Made by a program: the position numbers and the translations under genes
Origin: an uncultured Candidatus Peribacteria bacterium
Lineage (GTDB): Bacteria; Patescibacteriota; Gracilibacteria; RBG-16-42-10
Reading direction: 5' to 3'
Length of the DNA stretch: 64,000 bases
Assembly: GCA_964514565.1 (NCBI GenBank)
Contig: CAZERA010000001.1
Coordinates: 434,001-498,000, forward strand
Part shown: piece by piece, positions 55,242-64,000 of the stretch
How the letters are laid out: each line of letters begins with the position of its first letter
How positions within the stretch are numbered: the stretch's first letter is position 1
The notes under the pieces: model-generated
Database searches by the model: none
What the model was told of the DNA's origin: nothing
What the model saw: only the letters and a program-made list of their open reading frames with translations

Positions 55242-56905
55242 TAAACAGTTTCTAAATAGCATTTTTCGCAATAGAGAATCTCTTTTCTACTTTCGTTGTA
55301 AGTGGTACGAATAGGGGCCTGGCAATGAGCACAATTACGATCCCAAAGTACCCAGCTATTTTTCCAAGCAAGGCGTTCACGATGACGGCAGTCAAAACAC
55401 TGTTGTGGTAGCGCTAAGTTTTGTTGGCGGTAAAATTTGAGCTCTTGTTGGATGATACGGTATTGCTTGGTACAAGAAGTGCAGGTGAGAATTTGTTTGG
55501 TGATATCGTCTGTGACCGCCTTGATCTGATCAGGTGCATGCTGCTCTTGACCATAATGTTTAGAAGTCACAGTGTCTTGTTTCCATTTAGCCCCAATACT
55601 CAAAGCTCGTTCTTTGGTCAGTGGAAAGTAATCATAAGCAGAGGTTTCGTTGTAAGCAAAAGGGGAGAGTTGGATCGGAAAGAATTCGCCATATTCACCA
55701 GTACTTTTCATATGAGCAATAATTCGGGGTAGCAACTCTTCATAATCTTCTTTGGAGTATTGCTTGTTGAGTATGCAATATTCTTTGTGACGCAAGCTGA
55801 TACAACCAAAACAATTCTGGCAGTTGTTCATACAAGTATCGGTGTACCAAAGGTTGCTACCAGTATAACTATTGAGATTGAAAGCTGATTGAAAAGGTAC
55901 TGGTGCACATTCACAATTCTCATAGCCAAACTCACCAATCACAAAGCAACAGTTTTGCAGATCCTTGGCATCGAGCGCGCTCTGGACATACATGCAGTCT
56001 TTTCCCCGCACGATATCAAAACACTCCCGACAGTTTTCAGTATCCGTGAGCATGTTGCCAGTAGAATTATTGACTCTGCCGGTGCGCTGCATAAAGAGGC
56101 GGGGGAAATTGAGCAAGATATCGAAGAATTTCTGTTTGGTGTTTTGGAGGCCTTGGTGAGAGCCTAAATCATAACTTTTTAGTTTTTCTTCATACTCTTC
56201 TTTGCTATATGCTTTATTCTCTATGTAATACTGCTTGTTTCGTAAGCCTACTGACAAGAAGCAGTTGCTGCAGCTTTTACAGTCAGAAAGAAAGGCAGAG
56301 TCACGACACTGAGATGAGTTGAGAATAAAGCTACTATTGTAGATGTGTTGAGAAAAGAAAGAGTTGTAGGTGAGGCTACAATTATCCACTGATAAATTGT
56401 CTACACTGTCTTTGGAATTCTCTACCCAGACACCATAGAGACAGTCTTGATTGTAATCTGCGGTGAAGAGTAAATAACAGTTTTTGAGGTAAGAAACATA
56501 ATTGGTATAAGCACTGTTTTCATTCATCATACTGACCATACCTAGACGCGGAATGGCTCTTTGTAGATCAGCAAACTGTTCGAAGAATGGTCGTGAGAAA
56601 TCATAGTCTCTTCCGTACTGGAGTGGTTCCCATGCATCGCTCCACCAGGCAGATGGTTCATATACTTTATATTGTGAGTCAGCTGGATAGATAGAGATGA
56701 ATTCATGGCCTGACAGATCGCATTTGCGATGATAAAGGGCGTGTTCGTTTCTAAAAGTACAGCGCCGCATGCTCCGACAGCGAGAGCACATTGTCGGTGG
56801 ATTGAACACATACTTAGTGCCTGTGATCGTGGGAGATATTCGCTCTACAAAGTCTGTCTCAGCTGTTGAAATTGTGAATGTCTGGGCGCAAAGAGTGCAT
56901 TGCAT
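55238..56905 (-). CDS. Cys-rich protein, paralog 1 (zinc-ribbon ends, repetitive core)
   Basis: 33 Cys by manual count; FRNE..LY.RKC, GRDYDFSRPFFEQ, CFGC...YCILNKQY, GEFFP..SPFAYNET, YCEKCY. Confidence 0.9.
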   Translation of the reverse strand: MQCTLCAQTFTISTAETDFVERISPTITGTKYVFNPPTMCSRCRSMRRCTFRNEHALYHRKCDLSGHEFISIYPADSQYKVYEPSAWWSDAWEPLQYGRDYDFSRPFFEQFADLQRAIPRLGMVSMMNENSAYTNYVSYLKNCYLLFTADYNQDCLYGVWVENSKDSVDNLSVDNCSLTYNSFFSQHIYNSSFILNSSQCRDSAFLSDCKSCSNCFLSVGLRNKQYYIENKAYSKEEYEEKLKSYDLGSHQGLQNTKQKFFDILLNFPRLFMQRTGRVNNSTGNMLTDTENCRECFDIVRGKDCMYVQSALDAKDLQNCCFVIGEFGYENCECAPVPFQSAFNLNSYTGSNLWYTDTCMNNCQNCFGCISLRHKEYCILNKQYSKEDYEELLPRIIAHMKSTGEYGEFFPIQLSPFAYNETSAYDYFPLTKERALSIGAKWKQDTVTSKHYGQEQHAPDQIKAVTDDITKQILTCTSCTKQYRIIQQELKFYRQQNLALPQQCFDCRHRERLAWKNSWVLWDRNCAHCQAPIRTTYNESRKEILYCEKCYLETVY

Positions 56906-56998
56906 GCTGGTGTATTACTAATTGGTAATTACTGAGCATACTAAAGTGATATGCAGTATGGTACAATACTTGTTGAAGAGCTTCGACAACAAAATCAT

Positions 56999-57757
56999 AT
57001 GCTTAAAGACGATCTAGTACATTTAGGAATGACAAAGCCGGAGTCATCTGTCTACTTGGCTATACTAGAACTGGGCGGTGCAACAGTAAGTACTATTGCT
57101 CAAAAAGCCAAAGTAAATCGTGTCACTACCTACAATACTTTAGGTAATTTAGTGAAGAAAGGATATATAACCACTAGCATTCGCAAAAATGTGCAGTTTT
57201 ATACAGCTGAGTCACCCAGTATTTTGGTAAGTAAGCTGGAAGAGAAGTACCACATTGCTGAAAAAGTCTTGCCTGAGCTAATAGCTCTCCAGAATGCGGC
57301 TGGTTTTGCGCCGAGGATCCGCTACTACGAAGAGAAAGAAAGCATCACCAGTATCTTTGATGATATGGCGCATGCCCATGGCGAAGTATTGGGGTATACA
57401 AATTTTTCTCCATTGGCTGAGCTCTTTCCCCAGCTTCTCGCAAAGTTTGCATACACGATTGGAAAAAATGAGAAGAAAGTGCGATTCCTGGCGCCTTTTG
57501 ATAGTGAGAATGAAAGACTGATTAAACAAAATTTTCAGGCAGTAGTGAAACTGGGACTGATGGAAGTCTTTACCGTCGATACGACGCAATTTCCTTTCCA
57601 GAATGGGGTGTTTTTTTATGATGACAAGATGGCCATTATTTCATATGACAAACAGGAGCTTCTGGGGGTAATTATTCAGAGTGCCGTAAATACCCAAACG
57701 CAGAAGGCGATGTTTGATTTGGCATGGCTGGGTGCTACTAGTTTTATAGTTGGCTAA
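56999..57757 (+). CDS. TrmB-family transcriptional regulator
   Basis: LGMT..E..VYLAILELG..TV..IA...VNR.TTY..L..LV.KG winged HTH; PRIRYYE and YDDKMAIISY...GVIIQS...KAMFDLAW C-domain; ATG at 56999 (alternative 56951). Confidence 0.9.
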   Translation: MLKDDLVHLGMTKPESSVYLAILELGGATVSTIAQKAKVNRVTTYNTLGNLVKKGYITTSIRKNVQFYTAESPSILVSKLEEKYHIAEKVLPELIALQNAAGFAPRIRYYEEKESITSIFDDMAHAHGEVLGYTNFSPLAELFPQLLAKFAYTIGKNEKKVRFLAPFDSENERLIKQNFQAVVKLGLMEVFTVDTTQFPFQNGVFFYDDKMAIISYDKQELLGVIIQSAVNTQTQKAMFDLAWLGATSFIVG

Positions 57758-59421
57758 ATTTCTGTAGTTTTCCAGTTTGAATAGCAGTTATTACAATAAA
57801 CAATTTCTGGCCGGCTTGGTGCGTATGGCGTTTTAATGGTCTGAGCGCACTTTTGGCACGTGCGGTCAAATAGCTTATGAGGGACCTTTAGGGCTAGTCT
57901 TTGTTTGTGTCGACAATCTAAACAGTGAGCTGGTACTGGAATGATTTGCTGCCGGTAAAATTCCAACTCCTGAGGAATTACTTTGTAGTTTTTGTCACAT
58001 AGTACACAGGTCAAAATTTGTTTGAGGATAGCATCATCAATACTAGTAATATTGTCCTCTACAATTATTTGGGGGCCTTCATACCGGTGTACCAATGTAT
58101 TGTCTTGCCATCTCAGACCTTTACTAAGTACAGTGTCTTTATCCCAAGGGAAATACTCTTGGGCGACAGTTTCATTATAGGCGAAAGGGGAGGTCCACAT
58201 TGGGAAGAAGGCAGACCATTCATTGTTATCAATCATATGTGCCACAATTCTGGGGACCAGCTCTTCGTATTGTTCTTTGGTATATTGTTTGTTCAAGATG
58301 CAATAACTTTTTTGTTTGAGCCCTACGCAACCAAAGAGATGGTCTACATTGAAGCTCTGAACAGTATAGAGTGAGTCTTTGATATCTGCACAATGCGAAG
58401 CAAAAAGTACTTGGTAGGGTTTCATAGTGGATGTGACCTGATAGCTCAGCTCTGACCATCCCACCGCACTAAGGTCTTGGCTGTCTTTGATGTACGCACA
58501 AATCATCAGATCTTTGGCATCTTGGCCTTCTTCGATGTTAAAAGCATTGTGTATATTCTTGCAGCTAAAAAGCATATCTCCGTCACTGTCTTCTGAGTTG
58601 TGCATTTTGGTAGCCTCATGAGGAAAGCGCAGGAAGTGCTGCTGAGCGTTTTGATTAAACTCTGCTCTTTTGCTTCTGCTTGGCAAAATACTTTTTATTT
58701 TTTCTTCGTATGTTTCTTTAGTGAGCTGCTCATTGAAGTAACAATATTGTTTATGACTGAGGCCATAACAACCAAAACAATTTTCGCAACTTTTACATTC
58801 GGTACAGTAGTGGCTATCTCGGACATTGGAACAATTTTGTAGGTAAGTACTGTTGTAGCAAACATCACAATGGACACACATGTAGCAAAGCTCGCAACTA
58901 AAGAGCCAGTAGTTGTCTACATTGTTTTTACCTTGATGGGAGTAGGTATTGTAGTAACAATCTTGGTTGAAATGGCCACCAGCATTGAGGTAACAATTCT
59001 TGTCATCTGTCTCTTGATTAACATAGTCGCTATTTACATTGTTCTTGCCAAAAAGGGCCAGAATAGGAGCTGCTTTGAGTAGGTCAGAGAATTGTTCAAA
59101 AAAGCTTTTTGTGAAGTCAAAATCTCTTCCAGAAGAGGTGCAATCCCAATTGTCACCCCACCAGCAGTTGTGACAATAGACAGCATTTGGTTTGTCAGGT
59201 GAATACACTGAAATTATTTCTTTTTTACACAGATCACATTTTCTTTGATACAACTTTTTCTCATTGCGAAAAGCAATTCGGTTTTGATCTCTACATGCAC
59301 TACATAATGTAGATGGTGTGAGAGCTAGTTTTTTACCAGCAATTACTGGAGATACTTTATCCAAGAATTGTAAGTCTTCACTTGTGATTTCGTATGACGC
59401 AAAGCAATTTGAGCAATTCAT
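57754..59421 (-). CDS. Cys-rich protein, paralog 2
   Basis: Same motif set as 55238-56905; 555 aa. Confidence 0.9.
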   Translation of the reverse strand: MNCSNCFASYEITSEDLQFLDKVSPVIAGKKLALTPSTLCSACRDQNRIAFRNEKKLYQRKCDLCKKEIISVYSPDKPNAVYCHNCWWGDNWDCTSSGRDFDFTKSFFEQFSDLLKAAPILALFGKNNVNSDYVNQETDDKNCYLNAGGHFNQDCYYNTYSHQGKNNVDNYWLFSCELCYMCVHCDVCYNSTYLQNCSNVRDSHYCTECKSCENCFGCYGLSHKQYCYFNEQLTKETYEEKIKSILPSRSKRAEFNQNAQQHFLRFPHEATKMHNSEDSDGDMLFSCKNIHNAFNIEEGQDAKDLMICAYIKDSQDLSAVGWSELSYQVTSTMKPYQVLFASHCADIKDSLYTVQSFNVDHLFGCVGLKQKSYCILNKQYTKEQYEELVPRIVAHMIDNNEWSAFFPMWTSPFAYNETVAQEYFPWDKDTVLSKGLRWQDNTLVHRYEGPQIIVEDNITSIDDAILKQILTCVLCDKNYKVIPQELEFYRQQIIPVPAHCLDCRHKQRLALKVPHKLFDRTCQKCAQTIKTPYAPSRPEIVYCNNCYSNWKTTEI

Positions 59422-59460
59422 AGTGGCAAGGTTGATCCCACGTGGGTGAGAACGAATAAG

Positions 59461-61131
59461 TTATTTGTATACATTAGCTAAATAACATTGTTCGCAGTAA
59501 ACGATGGTTGGATCGTCTGGTTTGTAAGTAGTCTCGATCTGTTTGCTGCACTTTGAGCACGTTCTACTGAATAATTGGAACTGATAATGATTCTTTGTAC
59601 GATCCTTGTAGCGGCAATCAATACAGTGGTGGGGTAAGGCTATTTGGTGTGTACGGTAAAAATCTAATTCTTGGCGAATAATTTTGTAGTGCTTTTCACA
59701 GCTTTCACAGGTAAGAATCTTTTCTAGAATCGTATCCGCAACTTCATCAATCTGGTTGGGAATAATCACTCTTTCACCTTGATAACTACTACCGAGAGGA
59801 TCTTGATGCCATGGCCAGTTTTGTTGGGTAGCTTCTAGCTGAGTTTGGGGAAAGGCGTCTTGGGCCAAGGTTTCATTGTAGGCAAAAGGAGATAGGGAGA
59901 TTGGGAAAAACTCGCCCCATTCTTTAGACTTGGTCATATGCTCAATTATTCTTGGGACCAAGGCTTCATATACTTCTTTTGTATACTGTTTGTTCAAGAT
60001 ACAGTATTGGTTTCCCTTGAGCCCGATACAGCCAAAAAGATTATTGGAGTTGTGACATAGATCACAGTACCAGATGGAGTTGTTGTCATAGCAGGCATTG
60101 CAGAAGCCCATATACTTGGAACGATTGCAGGCATGCGTATCTATTTGCATTTCACATTCCATGCCGGCTTCATAAACATCATAGCCATCAGTTATACCAA
60201 GGGCGTTGTAGCAATACTTGGTATCCTGTGAGTCATAGATATAGAAACACTGCTCACAATTCTTACTATTGGTGATGTTCTGCCCATGACAACTTTCACT
60301 ATTGGTAATAAACAGTGCACGGTGGGGCGTAGTGCTGAGGAGCTTGGTAAACTGTTGTTGGAGAGCAACTATTTGCTCATGTGAAGCCAAAGAAAATTGT
60401 TTCACTTTTTCTTGGTACACTTCCTTGGAATATTGTTGGTTGAGTATGCAATACGATTGATTGCGTAGACCAGCACAAAGCAGTGAATTTGTGACGCCTT
60501 TGCAGTCATAGAGAAAACGACTGTCAGTACAATTGTCAGAGTGCCATAAGTATTGGCAGTTGTAGCATTTGGTACAATACGTATTTTGATAAGCTAGTTC
60601 ACAGCCATCTACATACGAACAATCAATACAGTCTCGACAGTTCACTAGCCAATTAGCATAAAAACAATTTTCTGCTAAGCCGCCATTCATCACTAAATAA
60701 CAATTCTTGAGCTGATCAGCATGGTTGGTATAGTCGCTATTCTCATTGTTTTTACCAAAAAGGGAGAGGCGAGGGACAGCTAATTGGAGTTCTTGCCATT
60801 GCTCAAAAAAAGACCGGGTAAAGTCGAAGTCACGACCATATTGCAAACCATCAAAATCATCGCTCCACCATACTTTGCTTTCATACACTTTGAATGGTTT
60901 GTCGGGCGAAACAATCGAAATAATAGGCCGGCCTGAAAAGTCACACTTGCGATTGTAGAGCTTACGTTCATTACGAAAACTCATTCGGCGTTGCTGTCTA
61001 CAGAGTGGACATAATGTTGGACTAGGAACTGGAAACTGTTTCCCATTGAAGGTAGGTCCCACTTTCTGATAGAAAGCTTCGTCATTAGCAGTCACTTCGA
61101 ACGGTAATTTGCACTTCAGACATTCACTCAT
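59461..61131 (-). CDS. Cys-rich protein, paralog 3
   Basis: Same motif set; 556 aa. Confidence 0.9.
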   Translation of the reverse strand: MSECLKCKLPFEVTANDEAFYQKVGPTFNGKQFPVPSPTLCPLCRQQRRMSFRNERKLYNRKCDFSGRPIISIVSPDKPFKVYESKVWWSDDFDGLQYGRDFDFTRSFFEQWQELQLAVPRLSLFGKNNENSDYTNHADQLKNCYLVMNGGLAENCFYANWLVNCRDCIDCSYVDGCELAYQNTYCTKCYNCQYLWHSDNCTDSRFLYDCKGVTNSLLCAGLRNQSYCILNQQYSKEVYQEKVKQFSLASHEQIVALQQQFTKLLSTTPHRALFITNSESCHGQNITNSKNCEQCFYIYDSQDTKYCYNALGITDGYDVYEAGMECEMQIDTHACNRSKYMGFCNACYDNNSIWYCDLCHNSNNLFGCIGLKGNQYCILNKQYTKEVYEALVPRIIEHMTKSKEWGEFFPISLSPFAYNETLAQDAFPQTQLEATQQNWPWHQDPLGSSYQGERVIIPNQIDEVADTILEKILTCESCEKHYKIIRQELDFYRTHQIALPHHCIDCRYKDRTKNHYQFQLFSRTCSKCSKQIETTYKPDDPTIVYCEQCYLANVYK

Positions 61132-61170
61132 AAAGTTTAAGATTTGCGATTTAGAATCTAAAATTTACAA

Positions 61171-62853
61171 TTAAAAGGTGAGCTTGAGATAACATGGTTC
61201 ACAGTAAATCTTCTCCACTCGATCAGGAGCATAGCTAGTTTGTAGTGCTGTCTTGCAAGCTGCACAAGATCGATCCCAAAGTCTCTGAGGATTCTTTTTG
61301 TTCATGCGACTTTCATGTCTGCAGTTGAAGCAATGGTTTGGTAACGGCAATTTTTGAGCCTGATAAAAGGCTAGTTCTTGAGCAATGATTTTGTAGTTCT
61401 TTTCACAACGGTCACAGGTCAAAATCTGTTTCAATATTTCATCAGTAGCATCTTTGATATGTGCAGGTACCGTGGTGCGTGGACCTTCGTATCTGCTGCC
61501 CAACTCATCTTCACGCCAAGTAGCCCCCAACGCTAAGGCTTGGTTTTTATTGAGAGGGAAATATTCGATTGCCGCACTTTCGTTGTAACTAAAAGGCGAG
61601 ATGCTCATTGGCCAAAACTCACCCCAAGCTTTTTCTTGACGCATTTGAGCAATGATTCTAGGCACTAGCTCTTCATATTCATCCTTACTGTATTGTTTAT
61701 TCAAAATGCAGTATTCGTTTTGTTTCAAAGCAACACAGCCGAAGCTGTTTTTACTTACTCGTGAGCCAAAATTGTATTGGAGATTGTAAGTATTGGTAGC
61801 ACAGACCTGACTAAATTGAATATCATAACAATTGATCCCAATCGAAGCTGAGTCATAGACTCTCTCAATCGTTTCACCAAAGGAAGAAACATCCATACAG
61901 TCTTTTGCTCGGTACAGTGAATCACAATACTTAAGATCTTCTGCATTACCAACCATAAAGCACTGCTCACAGTTTTTGACATTGATCATATAGTCACCAC
62001 TAGAGTTTTCTAGATTGACTCCATGAATATATTTGTGAGGTGCTGCTTTTACTAAAGCGTCAAATTGTTTTTGGAGATTCTCGATTGTCGCCCTGTCGCC
62101 CAAATCTAATTTAGCCATATAAGCTTCATACTCAGCCTGCGTATATTGTTTGTTGAGAATGCAATATTGCTTGTGTTGTTGATTGACGCAGAGCAGACAG
62201 TCTTTGCAATCAATACAATTTTTGAGGAAAAAGCTGTCACGACAGTTGGTACAATCCTCACTAAAGAATAAATGGTAGCAACCAGTGGAAACCATTACTT
62301 CATAACAAAGCTCGGAGGTTTGGAGATACGAACACTCCATACAGTTGCGAGAGTGCTTGAGCACATTGCAATAATAAGAGTCTTCGTTGAAATCAGCATC
62401 AAAGGTCAAATAGCAGTTTTTGCTGTTGCCGGCGAAGTTGATATACGAACAATTGTTTTCTTCAGCATCGGGAGAAGAGACCAAGGCAGGTAGCGGTACC
62501 TTTTTGAGCAACTCATCATATTGATCAAAAAAAGTACGACTAAAATCATAAGCTTGGCCAAACTGACTAGGATCATGGCTGCTATCCCACCAACAAGTCA
62601 GACAGTAGACTTGATAAGGTTTGTCAGCGGCATAAATCGAAATAATCTCTTTGTGACAGTGCTGACACTGACGGTGGTAGAGTTTGCGTTCATTACGCCA
62701 AGCATGGCGGCGTTGCTTGCGACAATCAGGACAAAGACTGGGAGGAGGGAGAAGCATCTTTTGCGTACCAATAGTTGGCGAAAGATTCTCCAGCTTCTGA
62801 ATATCATCAGGTGTAATTTCAAATGAGGTTTTGCAGTGTGCACAAGTAGTCAT
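61171..62853 (-). CDS. Cys-rich protein, paralog 4
   Basis: Same motif set; 560 aa. Confidence 0.9.
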   Translation of the reverse strand: MTTCAHCKTSFEITPDDIQKLENLSPTIGTQKMLLPPPSLCPDCRKQRRHAWRNERKLYHRQCQHCHKEIISIYAADKPYQVYCLTCWWDSSHDPSQFGQAYDFSRTFFDQYDELLKKVPLPALVSSPDAEENNCSYINFAGNSKNCYLTFDADFNEDSYYCNVLKHSRNCMECSYLQTSELCYEVMVSTGCYHLFFSEDCTNCRDSFFLKNCIDCKDCLLCVNQQHKQYCILNKQYTQAEYEAYMAKLDLGDRATIENLQKQFDALVKAAPHKYIHGVNLENSSGDYMINVKNCEQCFMVGNAEDLKYCDSLYRAKDCMDVSSFGETIERVYDSASIGINCYDIQFSQVCATNTYNLQYNFGSRVSKNSFGCVALKQNEYCILNKQYSKDEYEELVPRIIAQMRQEKAWGEFWPMSISPFSYNESAAIEYFPLNKNQALALGATWREDELGSRYEGPRTTVPAHIKDATDEILKQILTCDRCEKNYKIIAQELAFYQAQKLPLPNHCFNCRHESRMNKKNPQRLWDRSCAACKTALQTSYAPDRVEKIYCEPCYLKLTF

Positions 62854-62902
62854 AGGTCTTTAATTAATTTAAAATTTTAAATTGTAAATCTTGAATTTTA
62901 AA

Positions 62903-64000
62903 CTAAGTGGTTAGGTTTAAGTAACACGGCTCGCAGTAAATCTTTTCTGGTCTGTCTGGAGAGTATGTGGTTTGTAAGGCAGTTTGGCATTGGTTACAGT
63001 TTCTGGCATAGAGCTTTCTGCCATTTCTACTATTTACGCGGGATTGGTGGCGGCAGTTGAAGCATCTCTCTGGGGCTGGGATATTGAGGTTTCTGTAATA
63101 ACTTAGTTCTTGCTGAATCAATCGATAGTTTTTGCTACAGCTACTACAAGTTAGGATGTCTTTGGTGATGGTATCGCTAATATCTTTGATCTCTTTGGGT
63201 AAAGTGACCTTGGGGCCTTCATAACGATTGTGGCTAGCAATATCACGCCAAGCTAAGTGGTCATGCTCAATCTGTTCTTTGGACTGAGGATAATATTCTT
63301 GCGCTACTGTTTCGTTGTAGGCAAAAGGGGAGATCGTTGATGGGAAGAATTCACCCCACTCTTTGGTACCGATCATGTGCGTGATAATTTTGGGCACTAA
63401 AATTTCATACTGGTCTTTGGAATATTGTTTATTAAAGATGCAATACTGTTTGTTCCGCAGTCCGACACAGCCGAAACAATCCTGACATGACTGACAAAGA
63501 TCGCAGTAGATCAGACTGGTGCTACGTACCCAACAATTCATACTGAAAAGACAGTGGTAGACATTGGTGGCCACATTGGCTAGTTCATAGCCGAGCTGGC
63601 CATTGGTGCTATAAAAGGTCCAATCATAGGAGTCTTTGCAATCGACAATAAAGGAACTGTATTTACAGTTTTCTGCTTTGGAGATATCAAAACAGTTTTC
63701 TAAATTACGACTGTTTTGAATAAAGTCTCCTGTACAGTTTTCTGAGCTCAAGATATGTACTGCTTGGTGGGGAGATTGTAAGACGAGGGCTTGAAATTCT
63801 TCTTTGTATTGATCGATCTTTTGACAGAAGTTATTCAAGAACTCTGCTTTGAGTGCTTTGAATTCAGCTTCACTGTATTGTTTATTTTTGAAGCAAAAGC
63901 TTTTATTGCGCATGCCCATACACATGATCATGTCATGACAGCCAACACAGTCTTGAATGAAGTAAGAATCATAACAATTTGTCACACTTTTTCCCCAAAG
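62903..64000 (-). CDS. Cys-rich protein, paralog 5 (N-terminus outside the window)
   Basis: C-terminal two-thirds of the family; frame stays open to position 64000. Confidence 0.9.
   Translation of the reverse strand, partial: LWGKSVTNCYDSYFIQDCVGCHDMIMCMGMRNKSFCFKNKQYSEAEFKALKAEFLNNFCQKIDQYKEEFQALVLQSPHQAVHILSSENCTGDFIQNSRNLENCFDISKAENCKYSSFIVDCKDSYDWTFYSTNGQLGYELANVATNVYHCLFSMNCWVRSTSLIYCDLCQSCQDCFGCVGLRNKQYCIFNKQYSKDQYEILVPKIITHMIGTKEWGEFFPSTISPFAYNETVAQEYYPQSKEQIEHDHLAWRDIASHNRYEGPKVTLPKEIKDISDTITKDILTCSSCSKNYRLIQQELSYYRNLNIPAPERCFNCRHQSRVNSRNGRKLYARNCNQCQTALQTTYSPDRPEKIYCEPCYLNLTT

Noticed and set aside
55238..64000. Diversity-generating retroelement acting on the Cys-rich paralogs
   Set aside because: No reverse transcriptase, and no near-identical repeat pair differing only at adenines was seen; paralogs differ throughout
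1..64000. Genetic code 25 (TGA read as Gly)
   Set aside because: Long genes are intact under code 11, and TGA ends ruvX, rnc and mutL in ATGA overlaps with the next gene

Overview
Bacterial chromosome segment, most likely Patescibacteria/CPR (inference from gene content: DUF5663-like protein, baseplate-J-like gene in the cell-division cluster, TrmB plus Cys-rich paralog array, giant protein). It uses standard code 11, since TGA acts as a stop. Nearly all genes are on the minus strand. 0.5-17.7 kb: an envelope module of a small helical protein, a 3938-aa giant protein and a 1639-aa LPTTG-anchored DUF11-type surface protein. 18-25.6 kb: a reduced cell-division cluster (rsmH, ftsL-like, ftsI, ftsA-like, baseplate-J-like, yqgF/ruvX, ftsQ). 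26-43 kb: housekeeping genes (nth, cmk, RluA-family, rnc, nusB, rpmF, yceD, CCA enzyme, mutL, mutS, holB-like, dnaG, rpoD, nitroreductase, ogt, msrB); the RpoD carries a fused adenylate-kinase-like domain missing most catalytic arginines. 43-55 kb: an accessory region with an ATGGCTC microsatellite across a 100-N gap, tRNA-Tyr, a GIY-YIG nuclease gene, tRNA-Ser followed by two ~212-bp repeats holding 5'-truncated tRNA-Ser copies with an inserted hairpin, a Nudix hydrolase, an SF2 helicase with five ~86-aa repeats, an EamA/CoA-transferase/GNAT cluster, a PP2C-like phosphatase and a SecD-head lipoprotein. 55-64 kb: at least five paralogous ~555-aa Cys-rich proteins around a TrmB-family regulator, running off the window. 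The best candidates for undescribed biology are the sigma70/pseudo-Adk fusion, the GIY-YIG/tRNA-Ser array, the TrmB/Cys-rich array, the giant-protein module and the repeat-bearing helicase. All calls come from motif recognition by eye; no searches were run.
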